Assembly (NCBI GenBank): GCA_040002735.1
Contig: JBDUDX010000218.1
Location: 1-42,555, forward strand
Length of the DNA: 42,555 bases
Direction: 5' to 3'
DNA from: Frankiaceae bacterium
GTDB taxonomy: Bacteria; Actinomycetota; Actinomycetes; JADGOV01
Shown here: positions 1 through 8,053 of the stretch, piece after piece
Position numbering within the stretch: the first letter of the stretch is position 1
Layout: each line of letters opens with the position of its first letter
Notes under the pieces: model-generated
The model's input: only the letters and a program-made list of their open reading frames with translations
Told to the model about the DNA's origin: nothing
The model's database searches: none
Made by a program: the position numbers and the translations under genes

Positions 1-2
1 GG

Positions 3-281
3 CTGCTCGGGCTGCTCGCTGAGCGGGGATATGAGGTCCGCGACCGGCTGGGGTTTCGCGAGTGGCGTACCCCCGCGGATCTGGAATGCGAAACTCGCGC
101 CCCCGGCGGCGCGATCTACGGTACGTCCTCCAACGGGCTGTGCGCGGCGTTCCTCCGGCCGGCGAATCGGTCACCGGTGACCGGGCTGTACCTGGTCGGC
201 GGCTCCGCTCATCCCGGCGGCGGGCTGCCCCTGGTCGGAATGTCCGCGGAAATCGTCAGCTCGCTGATCGGCCCGGCATAG
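3..281 (+). CDS. C-terminal fragment of a phytoene-desaturase-family (CrtI/CrtD-like) FAD-dependent oxidoreductase; the gene begins upstream of the window.
   Basis: Frame 3 reads ...YGTSSNGLCAAFLRPANRSPVTGLYLVGGSAHPGGGLPLVGMSAEIVSSLIGPA*. The GGSxHPGGG...G motif just before the stop is typical of CrtI-family C-termini. The complete crtI at 3333-4823 ends with a similar GSGTQPGVGVPMV tail. Confidence 0.6.
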   Translation: MLGLLAERGYEVRDRLGFREWRTPADLECETRAPGGAIYGTSSNGLCAAFLRPANRSPVTGLYLVGGSAHPGGGLPLVGMSAEIVSSLIGPA

Positions 282-369
282 GGCGTGGCGACGCCCTATC
301 TTCGAACTCATGTTCTACAACAACAACGAAGCACCCGGCTTGTCGGTGGACAACCCCCGGGATGGGCAC

Positions 370-1110
370 TCATCGCAGCGACCGCCGGGCCACGACGAGA
401 AATTGGCCGAGTCCGATGGCGGACAGCGCGAGCGTGGTCGCGGCGCCGAGCGTCGCAACGTCCGCCGCGTGGCCGGGGTACAGGCCGGCGGTCCCCAGCG
501 TCGCGGCCACCAGCGGGATCCGGGTACCGCGCTCCCCTACGGTCACCACGCCGATCTCTCCCATGCCAGCATTCCCGGCGCGGGCCCGGGTGTACTCCAA
601 CAACCCGATCGCCAGGCCGGCCGTCACGCAGACGCCGGGGAACGCACCGAGCCGCCACAAAGCCAGCAGGAACGCCGTATCGGACAACCGGTCCACGACG
701 GAGTCCAGCACGTACCCGAACCGGCTGGCCCGATCCGTCAGGACTGCGACCGTCCCGTCCAGGCTGTCGACCAGTCCGGCCAGCACCACGGTTCCCGCGG
801 CGAGTAGCGGCCAGCGGGTACCGCCGGCCGCCAACGGGATCACCCCCAGGCTGATCAGGAGCCCCAAGGCGGCGAGCGCATCGGGCTGGACGCCTCGTCC
901 GGCCAGCGGGCGGGCCACGGTGTACGCGATCCGCAGCCAGCCATCGACGAACCGCGAGGACGAGGGGTCGTACCCGCCGTGCAGACCGGACCAGCGCTGC
1001 AGGAAGGCGGTGTAGGACGGGATGGGAGCGCCCGGGGGGCTGGCGGTGCCCACCGAGGCGGCCATCAGCAACATGGCCGAACCGGCGAGTACCGCCAGCC
1101 AGAGTGTCAT
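370..1110 (-). CDS. CDP-alcohol phosphatidyltransferase family membrane protein.
   Basis: 246 aa, hydrophobic. Contains DSLDGTVAVLTDRASRFGYVLDSVVDRLSD, which matches the CDP-OH phosphatidyltransferase signature D-G-x2-A-R-x8-G-x3-D-x3-D. Confidence 0.7.
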   Translation of the reverse strand: MTLWLAVLAGSAMLLMAASVGTASPPGAPIPSYTAFLQRWSGLHGGYDPSSSRFVDGWLRIAYTVARPLAGRGVQPDALAALGLLISLGVIPLAAGGTRWPLLAAGTVVLAGLVDSLDGTVAVLTDRASRFGYVLDSVVDRLSDTAFLLALWRLGAFPGVCVTAGLAIGLLEYTRARAGNAGMGEIGVVTVGERGTRIPLVAATLGTAGLYPGHAADVATLGAATTLALSAIGLGQFLVVARRSLR

Positions 1111-1159
1111 CGCGACGGCCCCGGTGCGCTGGGCGGCATGCGGCGCGCCGGATCCCGCC

Positions 1160-2113
1160 TCAGCCGCGCTCGCCGAGTGCCAGGCGCTGGTACACCTCGC
1201 GGGTCGCCGTCGAGCGGTTCAGCGTGTAGAAGTGCGCACCCGGAGCGCCACCGTCGAGGAGCCGCTCGGTCAGATCAGCCGCCACCTCCACCCCGATGGC
1301 ACGGACCGCGACCGGATCGTCCTGGACGGCGCACAGCCGCTCGGCGAGGTCCGCGGGAAACGCCGCCCCGGAAAGCTGAGACATCCGCTCGATCTGCCTG
1401 AGATTGGTGACCGGCATGATGCCGGGCAGGATCGGCAGGTGGCAGCCATAGCTGGCTGCCCGATCCCGCAGCCGGAAGTAGTCATCGGCGTTGAAGAAGA
1501 ACTGGGTGATGGCGAAGTCGGCGCCCGCCGCACACTTTCGGGCCAGGTGCCGGGCGTCGGTTTCGAGGTCGGCCGACTCCGGATGACCTTCCGGAAACGC
1601 GGCCACCCCGACGCAGAAATCGCCCAGCTGCCGCAGCAGAACGACAAGTTCCTCGGCGTACCGCAAACCTTCCGGATGCTGCTCCCAGGCCTGTCCCGTT
1701 CCGCCCGGCGGGTCGCCGCGCAGGGCGAGCACATTGCGCACGCCGGCATCGGCGTAGGAGCCGATGACGTGCCGCAATTCGGCCCGACTCGAGCCCACGC
1801 AGGTGAGGTGGCCGAGGGGTTTGAGCGTGGTCTCCGCCGCAATCCGCTCCGTGACCCGGATCGTGCGGTCTCGGGTCGACCCGCCGGCGCCGTAGGTGAC
1901 GGAGACGAAAGTGGGCGCCAACGGCTCCAGCTCCCGGATCGCCTGCCACAGAATGCGTTCGCCCTCGTCCGTCTTCGGCGGGAAGAACTCAAAAGAGAAC
2001 GACCGACGGCCGGTGAGGAGCAGCTCCCGGATCGTCGGCGCCGGGGCCGGCAGTACGCGGGGCGACATGCTTGTTGAGCGTAGTCGAGCAAATAGTCGCT
2101 GGCTGGCGGTCAC
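1160..2113 (-). CDS. metF: 5,10-methylenetetrahydrofolate reductase (MetF).
   Basis: 317 aa with ...RSFSFEFFPPKTDEGE..., an FAD/NAD(P)-binding TIM-barrel pattern collinear with MetF. The real start may be the internal Met (MSPRVLP...). Confidence 0.85.
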   Translation of the reverse strand: MTASQRLFARLRSTSMSPRVLPAPAPTIRELLLTGRRSFSFEFFPPKTDEGERILWQAIRELEPLAPTFVSVTYGAGGSTRDRTIRVTERIAAETTLKPLGHLTCVGSSRAELRHVIGSYADAGVRNVLALRGDPPGGTGQAWEQHPEGLRYAEELVVLLRQLGDFCVGVAAFPEGHPESADLETDARHLARKCAAGADFAITQFFFNADDYFRLRDRAASYGCHLPILPGIMPVTNLRQIERMSQLSGAAFPADLAERLCAVQDDPVAVRAIGVEVAADLTERLLDGGAPGAHFYTLNRSTATREVYQRLALGERG

Positions 2114-2199
2114 GCGTGCGCCAAACTGACCGAGTCGAGCTACTTACGCACAACTATGGTGATGCGGTAAACCAGTACCGCAGCACCCGTGTCGGCCCG

Positions 2200-3336
2200 A
2201 TGGAGAACTCGCCTGTGCCGTTCGACCCGCCTCTACCCGGCCGGTCACGACCGTCCGGCACGGAGACCGCTGCACCGCTGGACAGCGCGAATCTGCGGTC
2301 CCGGGTGCACAAGGTGCTCAGCGCGTACCTCGCCAAGCAGGGCCCTGCCCTCGACGCCATCAGCCAGGACCTCGGCCCACTCACCGACGCCATCAACGAC
2401 TTCCTGCTCGACCGGGGGAAGCGGCTGCGCCCGGCGTTCTGCTACTGGGGGTGGCGCGGTGCCGGCGGGGCGGACTCCGAGGAGATCGTCGCGGCCGCCT
2501 CGGCGTTGGAGTTGGTCCATGCCTGCGCGCTGATCCACGACGATGTGATGGACGGCAGCGACACCCGCCGCGGCCAGCCGGCGGTGCATCGCCGGTTCGC
2601 CTCGCTACACCGGGTGAGCGGCTGGTCCGGTGACCCGGCCACGTTCGGCTCCTCGGCGGCGATCCTGCTCGGCAATCTCTGCCTGATCTGGGCGGACAAC
2701 CTGCTGGCCACCTCCGGCCTTCCGCCGGCCACGCTCACCGCGGCCATGCCGGTGTACGACGAGATGCGGGTCGAGGTGATGGTCGGGCAGTACCTCGACC
2801 TGCTCGAGCAGGCCCTCGGCGGTGGCTCGGTCGAGCGCGCGCTACGAGTGGCCCGGTACAAGAGCGCCAAGTACACCATTGAACGGCCGCTGCACTTCGG
2901 GGGCACGCTCGCCGGGGCCTCGGCGGCGACCCTCACCGCCTACACCGCCTACGGCATCCCGCTCGGCGAGGCGTTCCAGTTGCGCGACGACGTACTCGGT
3001 GTGTTCGGCGATCCGGCCGTCACCGGCAAGCCGGCGGGCGACGACCTGCGGGAGGGCAAGCGCACCGTGCTCGTCGCGGCCGCACTCGACCGGGCCAGCC
3101 AGGGTCAAGCGGCCGTCGTCCGGCGGCACCTCGGCGATCCGCACCTGGACGACGACGGCGTATCGGCCTTGCGTGACGTGATGATCGAGACCGGCGCGAT
3201 CGGATACGTCGAAAGACTGATCGAGCGGTACGCCGGCGACGCGCTCGCCGCCATGGACAACGACGCGCCGGTCGAGCCCGACGCTCGGGATGTTCTGCAA
3301 GAGCTTGCGATCGCGGCCACCGCCCGGTACGAGTGA
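2200..3336 (+). CDS. crtE: Polyprenyl (geranylgeranyl) diphosphate synthase, CrtE/IdsA type.
   Basis: First aspartate-rich motif LIHDDVMDGSDTRRG and second motif FQLRDDVLGVFGD...GKPAGDDLREGKRT. The start is taken at internal ATG 2200 (MENSPVP...), because the ORF-track start at 2071 would overlap divergent metF. The stop overlaps the crtI start (ATGA). Confidence 0.85.
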   Translation: MENSPVPFDPPLPGRSRPSGTETAAPLDSANLRSRVHKVLSAYLAKQGPALDAISQDLGPLTDAINDFLLDRGKRLRPAFCYWGWRGAGGADSEEIVAAASALELVHACALIHDDVMDGSDTRRGQPAVHRRFASLHRVSGWSGDPATFGSSAAILLGNLCLIWADNLLATSGLPPATLTAAMPVYDEMRVEVMVGQYLDLLEQALGGGSVERALRVARYKSAKYTIERPLHFGGTLAGASAATLTAYTAYGIPLGEAFQLRDDVLGVFGDPAVTGKPAGDDLREGKRTVLVAAALDRASQGQAAVVRRHLGDPHLDDDGVSALRDVMIETGAIGYVERLIERYAGDALAAMDNDAPVEPDARDVLQELAIAATARYE

Positions 3337-4823
3337 TGCGCACCGTCCCCGGCCGCACGCACCGCGTCGTCGTGGTGGGCGCTGGCCTCGGCGGGCTGTC
3401 GGCTGCGCTGCGGCTGGCGGGGGCCGGCCGCGAGGTCACGGTGGTGGAGCGGGAGTTGGTACCGGGCGGTCGGGCCGGCCGACGGGAGGATGCCGGGTAC
3501 CGCTTCGACACCGGACCGTCCGTGCTCACCATGCCAGGTCTGGTCGCCGACGCACTGACCTGCGTCGGGGAGGAACTGACGGACTGGCTGGACCTCATTC
3601 CGCTCGACCCGCTGTATCGGGCGCACTACCCGGACGGCTCGACGCTCGATGTGCGATCCGACCCGCAGGCGATGGCAGCCGAGGTGGAGCGAGTCTGCGG
3701 GCCGGCGGAGGCAGCCGGCTACCTCCGGTTCGTCGACTACGTCACCGAGTTGTACCGGCTGGAGATGGCCGACTTCATCGACCGCAACCTGGACTCGCCC
3801 CTCAACCTGGTCCGACCCGGGCTGGCGCGGCTGATCGCGCTTGGCGGCTTCCGCCGGCTGGCGCCCAAGGTGGGCCAGTTCTTCCAGGACCGGCGGATGC
3901 AGCGGATGTTCTCCTTCCAGTCGATGTACGCCGGCCTGTCCCCGTACGACGCGCTGGCGATCTACGCGGTGATCGCCTACATGGACACCGTGGCCGGCGT
4001 AAGCTTCCCGCGCGGTGGCATGCACGCGTTGCCGGTGGCACTGGCCGGGGCGGCGGCGAAGCACGGCGTGACGATGCGGTACGGCACCACGGTGAGCCGG
4101 GTCGAGCTGAGCGGATCCCGGGCCACCGCGGTGATCACCACGACCGGTGAGCGCATCCCCGCCGACGCGGTGGTGCTCAACCCCGACCTCCCGGTCGCCT
4201 ACCGGGAGCTGCTACCGCCGGAGTACACCCCGGCGCGGGTGCAGCGGCTGACGTACTCGCCATCCTGCGTCGTGCTGCTCGCCGGGTCGACGGCGGAGTA
4301 CTCGAAGATCGCCCACCACAACATTCACTTCGGTCGGTCCTGGCGGGCAGTGTTCCGGGAACTGATCGAGGACCGCACATTGATGACGGATCCGTCGCTG
4401 CTGGTCACGGTGCCGACCAGGACGGACCCGACGCTGGCGCCGCCGGGCCGGCAGTCGTACTACGTGCTGGCCCCCACGCCCAACCTGGACGCGCCGCTGG
4501 ACTGGGACGTCATCGGCCCCCGCTACCGCGGCGAGATCGTGCGGACGCTGGAGCAGCGGGGATATGTCGGCTTCGGCGACGGGATCGAGGTGGAACACCT
4601 GACCACCCCGGCGGACTGGCGGCGCCAGGGCATGGAGCGGGGCGCGCCGTTCGCCGCATCCCACACCTTCACGCAGACCGGGCCCTTCCGGCCGCGGAAT
4701 CTGGCGCCCGGCCTGGAGAACGTGGTCTTCGCCGGCTCCGGCACCCAGCCCGGCGTGGGGGTCCCGATGGTGTTGATCAGCGGCCGGCTCGCGGCTGAGC
4801 GCATCGTTGGCCCGACCCGCTGA
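3333..4823 (+). CDS. crtI: Phytoene desaturase (CrtI).
   Basis: 496 aa. N-terminal FAD fold VVVVGAGLGGLSAALRLAGAGREVTVVER. CrtI-like throughout, with a typical C-terminal GSGTQPGVGVPMV tail. Translationally coupled to crtE by a 4-nt overlap. Confidence 0.9.
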   Translation: MMRTVPGRTHRVVVVGAGLGGLSAALRLAGAGREVTVVERELVPGGRAGRREDAGYRFDTGPSVLTMPGLVADALTCVGEELTDWLDLIPLDPLYRAHYPDGSTLDVRSDPQAMAAEVERVCGPAEAAGYLRFVDYVTELYRLEMADFIDRNLDSPLNLVRPGLARLIALGGFRRLAPKVGQFFQDRRMQRMFSFQSMYAGLSPYDALAIYAVIAYMDTVAGVSFPRGGMHALPVALAGAAAKHGVTMRYGTTVSRVELSGSRATAVITTTGERIPADAVVLNPDLPVAYRELLPPEYTPARVQRLTYSPSCVVLLAGSTAEYSKIAHHNIHFGRSWRAVFRELIEDRTLMTDPSLLVTVPTRTDPTLAPPGRQSYYVLAPTPNLDAPLDWDVIGPRYRGEIVRTLEQRGYVGFGDGIEVEHLTTPADWRRQGMERGAPFAASHTFTQTGPFRPRNLAPGLENVVFAGSGTQPGVGVPMVLISGRLAAERIVGPTR

Positions 4824-4922
4824 ACGTAAGAACACACAGTGCTCGCCATGGACCAAGATCCGCACGCTTAAGTCGATCTTTGAAGGGCCTGCCGCGAGGG
4901 GCACTGTGTGTTCTTACGTTCA
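4821..4922. repeat. Perfect 22-bp inverted repeat (TGAACGTAAGAACACACAGTGC / GCACTGTGTGTTCTTACGTTCA) around a 58-bp AT-richer spacer with nested palindromes. Candidate bidirectional terminator or insertion footprint.
   Basis: Read directly: arm 4821-4842 is the exact reverse complement of arm 4901-4922. The left arm starts with the crtI stop codon TGA. The right arm ends with TCA, the stop codon of the minus-strand DUF559 gene. Inside are AAGATC...GATCTT, CTTAAG and CCATGG palindromes. Confidence 0.8.
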
Positions 4923-5880
4923 GGCGGCGGGGGTCAGGTGCCAGCGGAGCGCCGCTCGCACCGTGTCCACCACATAGTCGGGGCTCCCCATGACGTCCTC
5001 CCACGAGAACCGCAGCAGCATCCAGCCACCCGCCAAGAACGCGTTGGCCTTCCGGCGGTCGCTGCGATAGTCCTGTCTATCCCGGTGAAACGTGAAGCCA
5101 TCGGCTTCCAACAGCAGTCGCTGGATCTTGTACGCGAAGTCCGCCACTGCCACCAACCGCCCATCGGAGTCCCACACCGCGTATTGCGTGTGCGACGGCG
5201 GGATTCCCGCCACGGACACGAGCACCCGCAAGACCGACTCCAGCACCGAGCCAGCGTTGGGGTCGGCCAGGCTTGCGACCCGGCGTACCTTGCCAGCACC
5301 GTTTCCAGTCGTCGCTCGCGCGCTCGACTGCAACTCACCGATATCCAAGCCGCTCCGAAGGGCCGAATCTGCGATCGCGACGGCTTGTGCCAAGGGCAGC
5401 CGGCGAGCGCAGTCCAGAACGGTCCGCAAGGGCGCAGTGACCAGGACGCCTTGAATCTCCCCGTAGGCGTCCGATGGCAGGTCCACCCGCTGCACGGTCA
5501 ACCCCATTCGCCCCGACAGTCGGCGGTTGCGCGGCACGGTGATGGAGTGCTCGGTGGGTGTGTGCGCCATTGGCCAGCCGTGAACCAAGGCCGCACTGTC
5601 GCAACTGACCACACCCTGAAGCCCCTGTGCCGCGGCCACGAGCTCTGCCCCCCCCCGCCGGTCCGGCACGGTAGGCGCCGCGGGCCATCCGGATCACCGT
5701 GCCCGCCGCGACTGCTCGGGACAGGGCCGCGGAGGAGACCCCGGCGGACAGCAGCTCATCGCGACCCGCCACTCCGCACCGGTCACGCCCCACAGCGGCG
5801 ACCAACTCGGCGACGTCCACCGGCACACCCTGCCGGCCGCCAGCGGCAGCGAGTAGGGGCACCTTGCTGTCTGTGGACAA
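4920..5880 (-). pseudogene. AbiEi_4-like N-terminal domain plus DUF559 (endonuclease-like) protein, frameshifted at a G9/C9 homopolymer. It lies between crtI and crtB.
   Basis: N-terminal frame (5880 down to about 5650): ...GRDELLSAGVSSAALSRAVAAGTVIRMARGAYRAGPAGGG, typical of AbiEi_4 N-termini. C-terminal frame (5669 down to 4920): AELVAAAQGLQGVVSCDSAALVHGW...LLEADGFTFHRDRQDYRSDRRKANAFLAGGWMLLRFSWEDV, typical of DUF559. The two frames differ by +1 exactly at the C9 run 5648-5656. Removing one base restores ...AGPAGGAELVAAA.... Confidence 0.6.
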
Positions 5881-5906
5881 GTCGGAACCGTGCCAGGATC
5901 GAGCCG

Positions 5907-6854
5907 GTGAGCACGCGGGAGTTGGACGCGGCCGGGATCACCGACCCGGGGCTGCGGGCATCGTATGAGTACTGCCGGCGATTGAATGCCGCACACGGCA
6001 AGACCTACTACCTGGCAACGCTTCTGCTGCCGCGGCCGAAGCGGCCGTACGTCCATGCGCTCTACGGCTTCGCCCGCTACGCCGATGAGATCGTCGACGA
6101 CCTGGCTTCCACCCTGACCGCCGCGCAGAAGGCGGACCAGCTGAAGCAATGGGGCGGCAGGTTCCTGCGGGGCGAGGCGGACGACGCCACGCTGCCCGCG
6201 GTACACGACACGATCCGCCGCTGGAACCTTCCGCGGGAGCACTTCCAGGCGTTCCTCGACTCCATGCGGATGGACCTGAGTGTTGCCGAGTACGCCACGT
6301 TCGACGACCTGATGGGGTACGTCTACGGATCGGCGGCCGTAATCGGCCTGCAGATGGTGCCGATCCTGGAGCCGCTGAGCGAGGCCGCGTACCCCTATGC
6401 TCGGGACTTGGGCGTCGGCTTCCAGCTGGCGAACTTCCTCCGCGACGTGGGCGAGGACTTGCGCCGCGGCCGGATCTACCTGCCGATGGACAGCCTGGCG
6501 CTTTTCGGCGTCACCCGGGAGCATCTGGAGCAGGGGGTGGTCGACGCCCCGGTCCGCCGCCTGCTGGCGTATGAGATCGCCCGTACCCGGGAGATTCTCC
6601 GCGCCGCGGAGCCGGGCGTACGACTGCTGCACCCGACCAGCCAGGACTGCATCGTCACTGCGCTGCGGCTCTACGGCGGCATCCTGGACGCCGTCGAGGA
6701 AGCGGACTACCAGGTACTGGACCGCCGGGTACGGGTCGGTCCGCTCACTCGGGCCCGGGTCGCGGTGCCGGCGCTGCGGCGCGCCCGGGTCGCCCGCCGG
6801 CGGCTACCGGCAGTCGGCGGCCCCACCACACCCACCAGCTCAGCGTCTGGGTGA
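5907..6854 (+). CDS. crtB: Phytoene synthase (CrtB).
   Basis: GTG at 5907 gives VSTRELDAAGITDPGLRASYEYCRRLNAAHGKTYYLATLLLP...YGFARYADEIVDD...YLPMDSLALFGV. This carries the squalene/phytoene synthase signature regions. The upstream part of the long ORF 4908-6854 is antisense to the DUF559 gene and is not counted. Confidence 0.9.
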   Translation: MSTRELDAAGITDPGLRASYEYCRRLNAAHGKTYYLATLLLPRPKRPYVHALYGFARYADEIVDDLASTLTAAQKADQLKQWGGRFLRGEADDATLPAVHDTIRRWNLPREHFQAFLDSMRMDLSVAEYATFDDLMGYVYGSAAVIGLQMVPILEPLSEAAYPYARDLGVGFQLANFLRDVGEDLRRGRIYLPMDSLALFGVTREHLEQGVVDAPVRRLLAYEIARTREILRAAEPGVRLLHPTSQDCIVTALRLYGGILDAVEEADYQVLDRRVRVGPLTRARVAVPALRRARVARRRLPAVGGPTTPTSSASG

Positions 6855-7101
6855 CGAGCGCGAAACCGAAGAGCAGGTCCTCCACCGGGGCACAGGCGAT
6901 CCGTATCCCGGTGATCGCAGCGGGGCCGTACGTCACCACGTCGCGACAGGTGAGCACGCCGTTGACCAGAAGCTGGAAGAACACCACGATTGCGTACGCC
7001 GTCCAGAACACCCGCCGCCGCAGCAGCCGGGTCCGCAGCACGAACAGGTCCAGCCCGACCGTCCCCGCGACACCGAGCAGAGCCAGCGCGGTGTAGCTCA
7101 C
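6745..7101 (-). CDS. Lycopene cyclase domain protein (small subunit of a heterodimeric carotenoid cyclase or elongase partner, CrtYd-like).
   Basis: GTG at 7101 overlaps the stop of the upstream gene (GTGA). About 95-aa hydrophobic core [27 protein letters not shown]...FGFALVTQTLSWWVWW, followed by a low-complexity tail. Confidence 0.7.
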   Translation of the reverse strand: MSYTALALLGVAGTVGLDLFVLRTRLLRRRVFWTAYAIVVFFQLLVNGVLTCRDVVTYGPAAITGIRIACAPVEDLLFGFALVTQTLSWWVWWGRRLPVAAGGRPGRAAAPAPRPGPE

Positions 7102-7424
7102 TCGTCCCCCGCCGGCCAACCCCGGACGGCGCGCACCGCCTCGAAGGCGAGGATCGCGCAAATCGGGATGACCACAAAGAACAGCAACTCCTCCAGCGGC
7201 AGGTGGCCGGGCAGCTCGATGCCGGTGGTCTGGCGGGGGTCGTACCGCCAGTGGTGGCGGGCGATCGCCCACAGATCCCAGCCCGTGAAGAGCGCGACCA
7301 CCGGCAGCAACGTCAGCAGGAGCCGGCGCCACCGGGTGAAGACCCGGGTATGCAGCCGCAGCTCCAGCGGCAGCGCGGTGCCGGCCAGGCTGACCGCCAG
7401 CACGCCGAGGTACAGCAGCCTCAC
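7098..7424 (-). CDS. Lycopene cyclase domain protein (CrtYc-like subunit).
   Basis: 108 aa: [59 protein letters not shown]...[12 protein letters not shown]. Its GTG start overlaps the thiE stop (GTGA). Confidence 0.7.
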   Translation of the reverse strand: MRLLYLGVLAVSLAGTALPLELRLHTRVFTRWRRLLLTLLPVVALFTGWDLWAIARHHWRYDPRQTTGIELPGHLPLEELLFFVVIPICAILAFEAVRAVRGWPAGDE

Positions 7425-8053
7425 CCCGCGAACCGCAGCCGCCGGGAGAACTCCGCCGCGGCGGCCTGCGGGTCAGCCGCCGCGGTGAGCGCCCGGACCA
7501 CCACCACCCGCCGCGCCCCGGCAGCGACAACCTCGTCCAGGTTGGTCCGGTCGATACCGCCGATCGCGAACCAGGGTCGCTCGGCGCCCGCGGCGTAGGA
7601 GGTCAAGCCGAGGCCGGGCGCGGGCCGGCCGGGTTTGGTCGGCGTCGCCCACGTCGGGCCTACGCAGAAGTAGTCGACCCCAGGCTCGGATTGCGCCGCG
7701 TCCACCTCGGCCTCGGCGTGCGTGGACCGGCCAATCACGATGTCGTCGCCGAGGATCTCCCGGGCCACCGCAACCGGCAGGTCATCCTGGCCGAGGTGCA
7801 GGATGTCTGGCCGCACGGCGTATGCCACGTCCGCCCGGTCGTTGATCGAAAACAGCGCGCCGTACCGCCGACAGGCATCGGCCACGACCTCCGCCGCTTC
7901 GATCTCCGCCCGAGCATCCAGGTGTTTCTCCCGCAGCTGGACGACATCGACCCCGCCGGCGAGAACGGCGTCCAGGAAATCGGCCATGTCCGGGCGCAGG
8001 CCGGTACACAGATACAGCCGCGCGTCGGCGAGCCGCTCCCGAGCGGAGGCCAC
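7421..8053 (-). CDS. thiE: Thiamine-phosphate synthase (ThiE).
   Basis: 210 aa: ...ARLYLCTG...[14 protein letters not shown]...[10 protein letters not shown]...IVIGRSTH...FAIGGI, collinear with ThiE. The start abuts the stop of the upstream gene at 8054. Confidence 0.85.
   Translation of the reverse strand: MASARERLADARLYLCTGLRPDMADFLDAVLAGGVDVVQLREKHLDARAEIEAAEVVADACRRYGALFSINDRADVAYAVRPDILHLGQDDLPVAVAREILGDDIVIGRSTHAEAEVDAAQSEPGVDYFCVGPTWATPTKPGRPAPGLGLTSYAAGAERPWFAIGGIDRTNLDEVVAAGARRVVVVRALTAAADPQAAAAEFSRRLRFAG

Noticed and set aside
62-1015. Long Arg/Pro/Gly-rich ORFs in the six-frame track. Examples: 62-1015, 285-854, 1022-2077, 4212-4904, 4908-5906, 10472-11668, 13507-14022, 16939-18036, 29728-30513.
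   Set aside because: They lie antisense or out of frame to well-supported genes. They have the composition expected from random open frames in 70% GC DNA and show no domain-like patterns.
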